64,000 bases of DNA from Desulfotalea sp. GTDB lineage: Bacteria; Desulfobacterota; Desulfobulbia; Desulfobulbales; Desulfocapsaceae. Location: the NCBI GenBank assembly GCA_002733995.1, contig NVXR01000010.1, forward strand, positions 35,663 to 99,662, written 5' to 3'. The notes below the pieces were generated by a model. That model was not told the origin of the DNA and did no database searches. It saw only the letters and a list, made by a program, of their open reading frames with translations. The position numbers were made by a program, and so were the translations under genes. Each line of letters begins with the position of its first letter. The first letter of the stretch is position 1. Positions 49,615-58,937 of the stretch are shown one piece after another.

Positions 49615-50901
49615 TTATCTGCTGACGACCATAGCCATTCCCATGCCGCCACCTATACACATACTGATAAGCCCGGTAGCATAGCCTTTTCTCTCCATCT
49701 GATACATGCCTGTAACCAGCTGTCTAGCGCCGGTACAACCGACGGGGTGTCCCATGGAGATACCGCTGCCAAGCTCATTGGGTTTTTCGATATCGATACC
49801 AAGCTCTAGCATGCAGCCAATGGCCTGGGCGGCAAAGGCTTCGTTCAGCTCGATCAAATCAATATCAGCAATATTCATCTTGGTCTGCTTGAGTACCTTG
49901 TGGATTGCGGGAACTGGTCCCATACCCATGTATGCTGGATCGAGTCCACCTGCGGCAAAGCCGTCGATTGTCAGGATGGGTGTGAGTTCTAGTTCCTTGG
50001 CTTTTGCCTCGCTCATCATTACCACTGCTGCTGCACCGTCGTTGACACCGGAGGCATTCCCTGCGGTGACGGACCCAGCTGGATCGAAGACCGGTCGCAA
50101 CCTAGCCATTTTCTCCATGTTGGTTGCCATCGGTCGTTCATCGGTGGTAAAGAGAATTTCTTCCCTGCGGGATTTTACCTTAACGGGAACAATTTCCGAG
50201 GCAAAGAGCCCATCGTCTCTGCCGCAGCAGGCCCGGGCGTGGCTCATTACGCTGAGCTTATCCTGGTCTTCGCGGCTGATTGCATACAACTTAGCGATGT
50301 TTTCGGCCGTTATTCCCATGTGATAGCCATAAAAGATCTCGTAGAGAGCATCAAAGACCATCAGATCGGTGACCTCACCCGAACCTGTCAGCTCCATACG
50401 GTGTCCCCAGCGCGCCTTGGGCAGGGCCATAGGAGCCATACTCATGTTTTCCTGGCCCCCTGCCACTATTATTTCAGCCTGACCTGAGATGATAGCCTGG
50501 GCACCGAGGGCAATGGCTTTGAGGCCGGAACCACAGATTTTATTGACAGTGTAGGCAGGCGTCTCCTTGGGGATTCCGGCTTTAATCATAGCTTGACGGG
50601 CAGGATTTTGTCCCTGTCCTGCCTGGAGGACATTACCCATGATAACTTCATCAATATCCACGGGTATAGTTTGCATGTCCCAGGACTCTTGGTCCTCTTC
50701 CAGTGGTATACGACCCTGGTCTTGGAGTTTGTCCGGGGTATAGCACATTATGGCGTCGCTTGTCGCCGGACGAAGACCAATTTTTTGTAGAGATTCATGC
50801 AGTACCGTTGCGCCGAGGTGTACCGCTGAGACGTTCTTTAATGCTCCTCCGAAACTGCCCACAGCTGTTCTACAGCCACTTACAATCACAGCTTTATTCA
50901 T
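49615..50901 (-). CDS. Acetyl-CoA C-acetyltransferase (thiolase)
   Basis: NKICGSG (catalytic Cys), GGQENMS, NASGVNDGA, NEAFA, GHPVGCTG and CIGGG motifs. Confidence 0.96.
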   Translation of the reverse strand: MNKAVIVSGCRTAVGSFGGALKNVSAVHLGATVLHESLQKIGLRPATSDAIMCYTPDKLQDQGRIPLEEDQESWDMQTIPVDIDEVIMGNVLQAGQGQNPARQAMIKAGIPKETPAYTVNKICGSGLKAIALGAQAIISGQAEIIVAGGQENMSMAPMALPKARWGHRMELTGSGEVTDLMVFDALYEIFYGYHMGITAENIAKLYAISREDQDKLSVMSHARACCGRDDGLFASEIVPVKVKSRREEILFTTDERPMATNMEKMARLRPVFDPAGSVTAGNASGVNDGAAAVVMMSEAKAKELELTPILTIDGFAAGGLDPAYMGMGPVPAIHKVLKQTKMNIADIDLIELNEAFAAQAIGCMLELGIDIEKPNELGSGISMGHPVGCTGARQLVTGMYQMERKGYATGLISMCIGGGMGMAMVVSR

Positions 50902-50944
50902 TTTGTCAGCTCCTTATAACTCCATAATTTTAAGGTCTGCGGTT

Positions 50945-52702
50945 TTATCCTTTGATAGTACGAGGAAGGAGCATTTGATGGATCGGGGTGATTGATCTTG
51001 GATTCTGGTAGTTTGCACCAACAAAGGCCTGAATATATTTACGGAGGTTGGGCAGCTCTACAATTTCATCAACCAGCCCATTCATTGCACAAAAAGCCGG
51101 ACGGGATTTTTCCTGATAATCTTTGATCATCTGGTTCATCTTGTCCAATACCGGTTCAAGGTCGTGGCCCGCCGCATCTTCTTTTACCAGACGTCTGGCA
51201 TATGAGGCAGCGGCCGCGGTCTCGCCGTGCATGACATAGATTTCGGTCATTGGCGTACCAAGGGTGAAGGCGTTGTTGTTGTTCGCCTGTGGTCCACACA
51301 TAATGTAGTGGGCGGCGGCGGATCCTTTACGCAGGATAATGCACATCATAGACAGTTCGGTCTGCTCAATTGAGTAGACTAAAGACTGGCCAAGAGAAAG
51401 GAGTTCCGCTTCCTCGGCCAGGTCGCCAACATCGATGCCAGTGGTGTCCTGTAGCCAGATAATTGGCAGATTGTCCCGTCCACAGAGGGTGACGAATTCG
51501 GCTTGTTTGATAAGCCCTTCCCGGTAATGTTTACCACCGACTGCAAAATAGGCTCCGTCGGCATATTTTGGGTAATCGGGAAAGAAGCCCTGGTTGTTAC
51601 CGATGAAGGCAACCGGGAAGCCGTCAACCTTGGCAAGTCCGGCGAATACCTCGGGGCCATAGTCGGGCCGATATTCCATAAATTCGCTATTGTCGGTGAG
51701 GCGGGCAAGAATCTCTTTGGCGTCATACTGACGTTTTTGGTTGATTGGCAGGATCTTGTTCAGATCATCGGCTGCAAACTTTGGCGGTGCGGGCGCTGCA
51801 ACACGAAACATTGTGGGGTCGTAGGCCGGCATCATTTTCATATAATCTTTGATACCATCAAGCACACCACGTTCGGTATCGTGCACCTCCCTGAAGTATG
51901 CGGTATGGTCAAAATGGGTTTCAACCCTGCCAGGACTCTTGGATTTGAAGTTTTTTGTTGCCTTAATCAAGGCGTGTGCTGCCTCAATATCGAAATGTCC
52001 TTTAGGATTCATGCCGCCGACAATACCAGCACCTCCCACGGCAATGTTGGCATTTTCATGGGCAAGTAAGATGGTTGGACTGATTCCCTGGTACCCACCC
52101 CCTGCAGGGTTGGTGCCATAGATGGCATTGAGGATAGGTACGCCCAGATGATTGAGTTCTGCATGGCGGAAAAAGGGAGTGCCGCTTGAACGCCGACCGG
52201 CGTAGACTGTCTCTTGTTCCATGAGTTTTACGCCGCTGCAGTTCGTGAGCCAGACTAAAGGCACATTCAAGCGTTTTGCCATATCCGTGACCATAAGGAT
52301 ATTCTCGGATTGACCCGATATCCAGGCACCGGCCATCACCTTGTTGTCAAAGCCAATGATAATGGCCCACTTACCGCATATTTTGCCAATTCCGTTGACC
52401 ACACCTGTACACCCTTCCTCGTTATCCCGTGGGTTGTAGAGTGTATGCAGAGGGGACCATGTACCTTCGTCAACGAGGTAGTCTAAGCGATCATAGATGG
52501 TCATTGACCCGCGATCATGGATCTTTTTTGCAGGGATGCCAGCGTTTTTGACCCGCTCCACCTCTTTGGCAATAATTTGTTCCTGCTCTTCGATTAACTC
52601 AATATTTTCAAGTGTTCGTTGAACATCAGCATCGGTGAGGGCTGTGCCAATATCCGCCATTTTTTCAAAATATGGACGCAATGGCGTTTGTTTGCGTGAC
52701 AT
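50945..52702 (-). CDS. gcdA: Glutaconyl-CoA decarboxylase alpha (carboxyltransferase) subunit
   Basis: GAW..GQ, NCSGVK..EQE.VY..RR..GTPFFR.AELN.LG, YGTNPAGGGY..ISPT, GGAGIVGGMNPKG and LRKGSAAAHYIMCGPQA match the GcdA pattern. Confidence 0.9.
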   Translation of the reverse strand: MSRKQTPLRPYFEKMADIGTALTDADVQRTLENIELIEEQEQIIAKEVERVKNAGIPAKKIHDRGSMTIYDRLDYLVDEGTWSPLHTLYNPRDNEEGCTGVVNGIGKICGKWAIIIGFDNKVMAGAWISGQSENILMVTDMAKRLNVPLVWLTNCSGVKLMEQETVYAGRRSSGTPFFRHAELNHLGVPILNAIYGTNPAGGGYQGISPTILLAHENANIAVGGAGIVGGMNPKGHFDIEAAHALIKATKNFKSKSPGRVETHFDHTAYFREVHDTERGVLDGIKDYMKMMPAYDPTMFRVAAPAPPKFAADDLNKILPINQKRQYDAKEILARLTDNSEFMEYRPDYGPEVFAGLAKVDGFPVAFIGNNQGFFPDYPKYADGAYFAVGGKHYREGLIKQAEFVTLCGRDNLPIIWLQDTTGIDVGDLAEEAELLSLGQSLVYSIEQTELSMMCIILRKGSAAAHYIMCGPQANNNNAFTLGTPMTEIYVMHGETAAAASYARRLVKEDAAGHDLEPVLDKMNQMIKDYQEKSRPAFCAMNGLVDEIVELPNLRKYIQAFVGANYQNPRSITPIHQMLLPRTIKG

Positions 52703-52808
52703 AAAGAGCTCCTTTTTTCGTTCAAAATTTGCCTAAATTATGCATTCTAATCTTGCAGCCTTTAGGTTGTCATAAAATAGTGAGTGTCGAGTCGCAGGAC
52801 CAGTGGTC

Positions 52809-53966
52809 TTAGCGGTTTTGAGTATCGCCCATGGAGATGCCTGCGATGATGATTTTCTGAATATTACTGGTGCCCTCGACGACTCGTAGAGACTGGGCGT
52901 CGCGTAGGAACCTTTCAGCAGGGAACTCCGTCGAGAAGCCGTAGCTGCCGAAGATCTTCATCGTGTCGCTGGTGGCATGTACCGCCGCTTCAGAGGCGAA
53001 TAATTTGGCGATCGAGGTTTGGTGCTGGTTGGGCATTCCCTGGTCCTTCAACCAGGCAGCTTGATAGACGAGCAATTTGGCGGCCTCATGTTCAGCTACC
53101 ATATCTGCGATCTGGGACTGGACCATCTGGTAAGAGCCTATCTTTTTACCGAACTGAGTGCGTTCGTTAGCATAACCGATTGCAGCCTCCACAGCCCCGC
53201 CGCCGATACCCAGCGCTCCAGCGGCACAACTGATTCTGGTGTTGTTAAGTTGCCACATACAAATCTGGAAACCTTGGCCAACCTCACCCAGTATGGAATC
53301 CTTAGGAATCTTTGCCTTGGCAAAGGCAATCTCACCGGTGGGGGAGCAGTGCAGGCCAAGTTTAGTCTCTATGGCGGCTGTGGTAATGCCTTCGTTATCT
53401 TTCAGATTGACGATAAAGCAGGTCATGCCCTTGTACTTTTTTGTTTTATCGGTGAAGGCGTAGACGAGGCCCCAGTCACCTATATGGGCATTGGAGATCC
53501 ACATCTTTTGCCCGTTTAATTCCCAGTGATCTCCACGGTCAGTAGCTGTTGTCCCCATTCCAGCCACATCCGATCCTGAGTTTGGTTCGGTAATGGCAAA
53601 AAAACCGAATGATTCACCTTTAACCCAGGCTGGGATGTAGGTTTCTTTTTGAACTGTGCTACCAAATTTGTTGACGGTTATCGCAGGTCCAATATTCTGC
53701 ATGTTGAGGGGCACCCGCCAGGACCCGCTTACCATTGCCAACTGTTCGGCTAGGAGAACCGATTCGAAGAAGCCACAACCGTTTCCACCATACTCTTCAG
53801 GAAGTGCGCAGCCAAAGAAGCCAAGATCAGCCATCTTTTTCACCAGTTCCGGGCGAAATGTATGGTTGAGTTCATCTTCCTTAAGGGTGGGGACGATTTC
53901 TTTTTGGGCAAAGTCCCTGGCCATATCTTGCATCATTTTCTGTTCGTCAGTTAAACCGAATTGCAT
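52809..53966 (-). CDS. Glutaryl-CoA dehydrogenase, non-decarboxylating type (acyl-CoA dehydrogenase)
   Basis: ACAD motifs (ITEPNSGSD, WISN, ERTQFG); WRVPLNM and VVEG (Val before the catalytic Glu) resemble the Desulfococcus multivorans enzyme (LRVQLNM, MVEG; recalled); adjacent to gcdA. Confidence 0.8.
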   Translation of the reverse strand: MQFGLTDEQKMMQDMARDFAQKEIVPTLKEDELNHTFRPELVKKMADLGFFGCALPEEYGGNGCGFFESVLLAEQLAMVSGSWRVPLNMQNIGPAITVNKFGSTVQKETYIPAWVKGESFGFFAITEPNSGSDVAGMGTTATDRGDHWELNGQKMWISNAHIGDWGLVYAFTDKTKKYKGMTCFIVNLKDNEGITTAAIETKLGLHCSPTGEIAFAKAKIPKDSILGEVGQGFQICMWQLNNTRISCAAGALGIGGGAVEAAIGYANERTQFGKKIGSYQMVQSQIADMVAEHEAAKLLVYQAAWLKDQGMPNQHQTSIAKLFASEAAVHATSDTMKIFGSYGFSTEFPAERFLRDAQSLRVVEGTSNIQKIIIAGISMGDTQNR

Positions 53967-54089
53967 ATTGATCTCCTTGTTTTGTTGTAAACTTTTCCTC
54001 TGCTATCAGTGTTTAATCTGGGCCTCTACATACAGCCGAGCTCTTTTTTGATTTCAGTCTTTATACAAGAGGTCTTGTCTGAGTGAAGA

Positions 54090-54105
54090 TGCAGAATATG
54101 TGCCA
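54090..54105 (-). promoter_or_regulatory. Sigma-54 (-24/-12) promoter of the glutaryl-CoA dehydrogenase operon
   Basis: Minus strand reads TGGCACATATTCTGCA (TGGCAC-N5-CTGCA; GG-N10-GC). Confidence 0.85.
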
Positions 54106-54181
54106 TGTGCATAGTAATGTGTATGTCACTGTAATGAGGATGGATGGCAGTATCTTGAGGTGCAGGGAGGAGGTGGCTGTT

Positions 54182-54298
54182 TGTAGGGGGGGCGCTACAG
54201 TTTGTGCGGAAAAGAGGGCTTTCCCCCCCTAAGAGGCCTAAGTTGCCTGCTTTTTCTTAGATGTAGGGTGAAGCCTACAGTGTAGGGGATATGCTACG
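54182..54298. promoter_or_regulatory. Three TGTAG-N8-CTAC(A/G) palindromes: candidate upstream activator sequences
   Basis: Copies at 54182-54199, 54262-54279 and 54281-54298, about 77-190 nt upstream of the -24 box. Confidence 0.78.
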
Positions 54299-54325
54299 GT
54301 CGTTGCTGCGCTTGCATTGGGCGGT

Positions 54326-55771
54326 TCATTTTATTTGGCTGTCGTTGGAAGTCGCCTTGGTTTTATGAATTTTATCGTACAAAGATGTTCTGTGAATACC
54401 TAGTAATTTTGCTGCTTTCGTCTTGTTGCCCTGGACGGATTGGAGAACCTCTTCAATCACTCTTTTTTCTGTCTCCTGGAGGATTTGCTTGAGGTTGTAG
54501 CCCCCGGGATAATCGATGATTCTGTTAGTTGTCTCGGTGCAGTCTCGGATCTGCTCGGGCAGATCTTCTGGACTGATCTTCTCACCCTTGGCGATTATGC
54601 TGGCCTTTTCCATGACATTTCTCAGCTCTCTGACATTCCCCGGCCAGAAATAGTGTTGTAGTAGATCCATTGCCTCTTCAGAGATGGCCGAAGGACCCCA
54701 GGTAATTTCGGTTTTAAGTTGGGCGAGGAGATGTCTTGCAATCAGAGGAATGTCCTGGGGCATCTGCCGTAGACTTGGTGCTTGAATGTTAAAAACATTA
54801 ATTCTGAAATAGAGGTCGCTTCTGAATTTACCTTCTGTGATCAGCGCACTAAGGTCACGATTTGTAGATGCTATCAGGCGGAAATCTACGGGTATCGTGT
54901 TCGTTCCACCAAGTCGATCCACAGATCGCTCTTGCAGAACCCTAAGCAGTTTGCCCTGCATCGCGAGTGGTAATTCGCCGATTTCATCGAGTAAAATAGT
55001 ACCTCCATGGGCCATTTCGAATTTTCCTGGCTTTCCCTTGCTGCTGGCACCTGTAAACGCCCCTGGCTCATAGCCAAAAAGCTCGCTTTCAAAAAGCTCA
55101 AGAGGAATGGAGGCACAGTTGACTTTAATAAAAGGTTTATTAGCCCTGTGACTCGACTGATGGATAAAATAGGCTATAATTTCTTTTCCAGTACCGGATT
55201 CGCCGGTAACCAAAATGGTTGCAGTTGTTTTTGCAGCCAGCGTCGCTTTCTCTTTGACGTCTTGAAGAGGGGCAGACTCACCGATGAGAGGATTGGCCCC
55301 TTTGAGTTCATGTATCTGACTTTGGAAGTATTGTACTTGTCCGTCGAGGAGGTCGACTTTTCGCTGTAAGTCATAGAGTCGGGTAACCTCGTTCAACATA
55401 CCTTTGCCCACCGCCCCGATCACCTGTCCTGCTCGATTTTTGAGTGGAATTCTGGAGATGAGTTGTCGGCGTCCACCAATGTATAGCATGTCTCCTATTC
55501 TCGCCTTACCGTCCTTTAGAATCTCGTGTAGGCGGGTATCTGTTACAACCTCAGTGATGTGTTTACCAACGGCTTCTTCACTGTTTATGCCAAGGAGTTT
55601 ATCACTGTAACGACTCATAAATGTGATGACACCATCCTTACCAATCACCATGGGGCATTCGTAAGGATTATCGATAAGGGCATAGATGAGTTCGTCATCA
55701 AGGTCGCTTAACTTAGATCTGCTGGTGTCTTTATCGTTCATTTCTGGTTCCTGCGGATGTGAAGTTATCAC
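54326..55771 (-). CDS. Sigma-54-dependent Fis-family enhancer-binding protein with a PAS domain
   Basis: GESGTGKE, VNCASIP, GAFTGA, LLDEIG, FRSDLYFRI and WPGNVREL motifs; HTH NKTKAAKLLGIHRTSLYDK; start may be ATG 55741. Confidence 0.96.
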   Translation of the reverse strand: MITSHPQEPEMNDKDTSRSKLSDLDDELIYALIDNPYECPMVIGKDGVITFMSRYSDKLLGINSEEAVGKHITEVVTDTRLHEILKDGKARIGDMLYIGGRRQLISRIPLKNRAGQVIGAVGKGMLNEVTRLYDLQRKVDLLDGQVQYFQSQIHELKGANPLIGESAPLQDVKEKATLAAKTTATILVTGESGTGKEIIAYFIHQSSHRANKPFIKVNCASIPLELFESELFGYEPGAFTGASSKGKPGKFEMAHGGTILLDEIGELPLAMQGKLLRVLQERSVDRLGGTNTIPVDFRLIASTNRDLSALITEGKFRSDLYFRINVFNIQAPSLRQMPQDIPLIARHLLAQLKTEITWGPSAISEEAMDLLQHYFWPGNVRELRNVMEKASIIAKGEKISPEDLPEQIRDCTETTNRIIDYPGGYNLKQILQETEKRVIEEVLQSVQGNKTKAAKLLGIHRTSLYDKIHKTKATSNDSQIK

Positions 55772-55837
55772 TCTGTTCCTATTGACAAAATTAGGGGTTC
55801 AGCTCGTCCGGAATACAGGTGCTGATGGCTGAGTTGA

Positions 55838-56725
55838 TCATGGCAGACTTACTTTTTTTACCCGGAAGGTGGTCAGGAGAATACCACCGAAGATAAGCGC
55901 TATTGCCTGGATGTGATTTGAGGTGAGCTTTTCTCCAAGAAAGCTTACGGCAAGGATGGTACTAAAAACAGGCATGAGATGGATAAATGGGCCGGCGATA
56001 TTGGGCCCGAGTGTTGTTACCGCGCGGTTCCAAAAAATAAAAGCGAGCACCGAGGCAAAGAGGGCGACATAGCCAATGGTAATAAAGGTCTGGGGGGAGA
56101 GGATCATAGTCCTACCCATGGACATCTCCACGATGTAGCAAGGTGTAAGGATCGCCAGGCCAACGATCACAATGCCAGTTTGGTAGGCGAATGGATGCAG
56201 TTCTTTAGGGTATTTTTTTAGATTTACAGAGTAGAGGGCCCAAAGAATGGCTGCAATGAAAATGAGGATATCTCCCCTGTTATACTGAAGGTGTAGCAGG
56301 GTTGCAAACTTTCCCTGGGAGATGATGAGCAGTACGCCGCTAAAGGAAAGGCAAACCCCAAGAAACTGTCTGAAACTGATTCTGTCATTGTCCTTTAGCC
56401 AGGAAATCACCACAATGATGACAGGAATGCAGGAGTTAATGAGAACTGCGTTGATAGCAGTGGTGGTCTGGAGCGCGATATAAATGAGGCTGTTGAATCC
56501 GGCAACGCCTAGAATTCCCTGGATGATAATAAACTTTCTATGTTGTATCACCAGTTGACGCTGGTTAAGAAGAGGCCGAAGTCCAAAACAGCAGAGGATA
56601 AGAAGAGCAATAGCCCAACGCCAGAAAGACAGAGATATGGGGGGGATTGCTGCATGCATGCCACGGCTGATTACAAAATTACCGGACCAGAACAGGGTTG
56701 TAAGTATGAGAAGGATGTAGGGCAT
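55838..56725 (-). CDS. DMT/EamA family transporter
   Basis: LFWSGNF..., FWRW, FIFWNRAV and FIHLMPVF in a ten-helix repeat pattern. Confidence 0.93.
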   Translation of the reverse strand: MPYILLILTTLFWSGNFVISRGMHAAIPPISLSFWRWAIALLILCCFGLRPLLNQRQLVIQHRKFIIIQGILGVAGFNSLIYIALQTTTAINAVLINSCIPVIIVVISWLKDNDRISFRQFLGVCLSFSGVLLIISQGKFATLLHLQYNRGDILIFIAAILWALYSVNLKKYPKELHPFAYQTGIVIVGLAILTPCYIVEMSMGRTMILSPQTFITIGYVALFASVLAFIFWNRAVTTLGPNIAGPFIHLMPVFSTILAVSFLGEKLTSNHIQAIALIFGGILLTTFRVKKVSLP

Positions 56726-56828
56726 CAGTCGTTTTAATTTGAACCTAAAGTATGCAATGTAAAGTTTATATGTTTGTTGTTGTCCCGGTGACCCACCCTG
56801 GTCTCATCTATCTTGATATCGGACCTTG

Positions 56829-56860
56829 GCGGCGGACAACTACCGCTACATGTCCGCTGC
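56829..56860. repeat. GC-rich REP-like hairpin between the AI-2E and DMT genes
   Basis: GCGGCGGACA-actaccgctaca-TGTCCGCTGC (10-bp stem, one G.T pair). Confidence 0.55.
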
Positions 56861-56924
56861 TAAGTAATGCAGGCAGGGGATCATTGCAAAATTCAGGTTG
56901 ACTATGGGGGGGCTTGTGTACTCG

Positions 56925-58049
56925 CTATTGTTCCGCCTCATCGGCTGCAGGGGCTTCATTTTTCGGGCGAATGGATCGGACCTTTGGCAGATAGTCACTG
57001 AAGGTGTCTCCGTATATCTCCCAGATAGTGATGAAAAGAGCGGCAACAATGGGCCCTATGATTATGCCCAGAAGGCCAAACATAGAGAGGCCGCCCAGGG
57101 TGCCAAACAGGACAAAGAGATCGTGCATTTCGGTGTCTTTACCCACGAGTCTTGGGCGAACAATGTTATCTAGATTACCGGCAATAGCCCCACAGAGAAT
57201 GGCGAGGATAACAGCTCCTGAAAAGTTGCCGAGAAGGGCAAGAATACAGAGGGCCGGGAACCAGATTATAGCAGTTCCAAAGGCCGGTACGATGGACATG
57301 ACAGCCATTAATGAGCCCCAGAATACAGGGCCTTCAATGCCTGCGAAAGCAAAGGCTATGCCACAAATGGATCCTTGCATCAGGCCGATAATCAGAGTGC
57401 CTTTAAGGGTCGCTTTGGTGACTGAGGTGAATCTGTTGAGAAGTCGTATTTCATTATGATCGTCCAGGGGCAGGAAGTAGAGGATCTTTTTTAAAAGAAC
57501 GTCTCCCATGGTAAGAAAATAGAACATTACATACAGCATTATAATCGATGAAAAAATAGCATCAATTGTAAGCTTGGTGAAGCCGGAAAGTGAGTCAATT
57601 AAGAAAGAAGATAAGGTGCCGACCAATTCGCCCGCTTTCTGGATAATGATATCGCGGTAGGGAAGAATGTCCTGGTAATATGGAAGTCTTTCCAGATAGG
57701 CACTGGCAATAGTTGGTTCGTGGATGAATGTTTGTACCCAGGGTGTCACCGATTGACCGATGGCAATGGCCTGGGAGATAACAAGGGTAATGAGAATGGA
57801 TAGCGGCGTCAGGACCAGAGCAATAATTGCAAGAACAGTGATGATAGATGCAAGATTATCCCTGCCGTTCATGGCATCGCTGAGTTTGGTGTGTAATGGC
57901 TTTACTGTTGCTGAAAACAAGCCCGCCATAAAAATGGCCATCAAAAACTGATGGATCATAGTCAAAAATACACCAGAGATGAGAACAACCAGGGTTACCA
58001 GTGTTATATTACTAAAATTTCCTTTTATCATGGTCACCCGAGGTCTCAT
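56925..58049 (-). CDS. AI-2E family transporter (PerM/YdiK-like)
   Basis: GTLIIGLMQG, VPAFGTAIIWFP and DNIVRPRLVG...GIIIGPIVAAL motifs. Confidence 0.93.
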   Translation of the reverse strand: MRPRVTMIKGNFSNITLVTLVVLISGVFLTMIHQFLMAIFMAGLFSATVKPLHTKLSDAMNGRDNLASIITVLAIIALVLTPLSILITLVISQAIAIGQSVTPWVQTFIHEPTIASAYLERLPYYQDILPYRDIIIQKAGELVGTLSSFLIDSLSGFTKLTIDAIFSSIIMLYVMFYFLTMGDVLLKKILYFLPLDDHNEIRLLNRFTSVTKATLKGTLIIGLMQGSICGIAFAFAGIEGPVFWGSLMAVMSIVPAFGTAIIWFPALCILALLGNFSGAVILAILCGAIAGNLDNIVRPRLVGKDTEMHDLFVLFGTLGGLSMFGLLGIIIGPIVAALFITIWEIYGDTFSDYLPKVRSIRPKNEAPAADEAEQ

Positions 58050-58070
58050 GTTTTTGATTGTAGACTGCTG

Positions 58071-58937
58071 TTAATTCATTTTTTCAGCTGGATCTTCTAG
58101 CCCTGCTGTGCCTTCTTTTACCGTATCTGCGTTTTCTTTGGTAGTTCCCTCTTGGCACGCTTCTTCTTCGGCTATGTTAGCAAGTTGTGACTCAGCCGCG
58201 GCTTCGGGGATTTTTTCAACTTCCTTTAATAAAATGATATGTACCTCTTTGGGGCCATGGGCTCCGTGGACCAGGTGCGCCTCAATATCGGCAGTTTTGG
58301 ATGGGCCGGAGATAAAAACAAAGCTCTCCCCAGGGTTGATCTCTTCTATCAGTGCGTACGCCTCTTCCAGGTCCGCGACTAGGTCCTCACCTCTGATAAG
58401 AGCGATGTGAATTGAAGGCACGAGTGACGTTGACCTTGGGCAACCGGGTGTGGTGAACTGGACGAGAGTTCCGGATTCAGCAATGCTGATACGAGGGACC
58501 GTGATACCTATATAGGCTGCGATTGTTTTTTCGGTGATCTCGGGGTCACCCGGAAAGGTTGTGTGTACCGTTACCGATTCGCGGTTAAACCTTTTCCAGA
58601 GCTGCATGCCACTAATGTCTGGATGATTGTGTTGAATGATATGTCTGTTATACGAAAATTCCGGTTCTTTGGTTCGAATAATCTCGACGGTGATATCTTC
58701 TACTTCCTTTGCTGTTTCCGCCACATGGAGGACGGTCTTAAGGGTGACACAGTTTGCCTTAAATTGGTCAACGAGGAGCGCCTTTTCGTCTTGGCTTCGG
58801 TTGGCGATTTTTTCAAGGATCTTGCTCTTATCAGGTTTTGCAAAAAGAGCAGGAAACATGTTTTTTGTTCGTTCTGCACCTTGGGGCAGTTTGAGGGCAG
58901 TGCGAATATTATTTAGAAAAGAGAGATCACTAGTCAT
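58071..58937 (-). CDS. lutC: Lactate utilization protein C (LUD domain)
   Basis: AESGTL, RSTSLVPSIHIA and ISGPSKTADIE...GAHGP motifs; acidic C-terminal tail. Confidence 0.9.
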   Translation of the reverse strand: MTSDLSFLNNIRTALKLPQGAERTKNMFPALFAKPDKSKILEKIANRSQDEKALLVDQFKANCVTLKTVLHVAETAKEVEDITVEIIRTKEPEFSYNRHIIQHNHPDISGMQLWKRFNRESVTVHTTFPGDPEITEKTIAAYIGITVPRISIAESGTLVQFTTPGCPRSTSLVPSIHIALIRGEDLVADLEEAYALIEEINPGESFVFISGPSKTADIEAHLVHGAHGPKEVHIILLKEVEKIPEAAAESQLANIAEEEACQEGTTKENADTVKEGTAGLEDPAEKMN

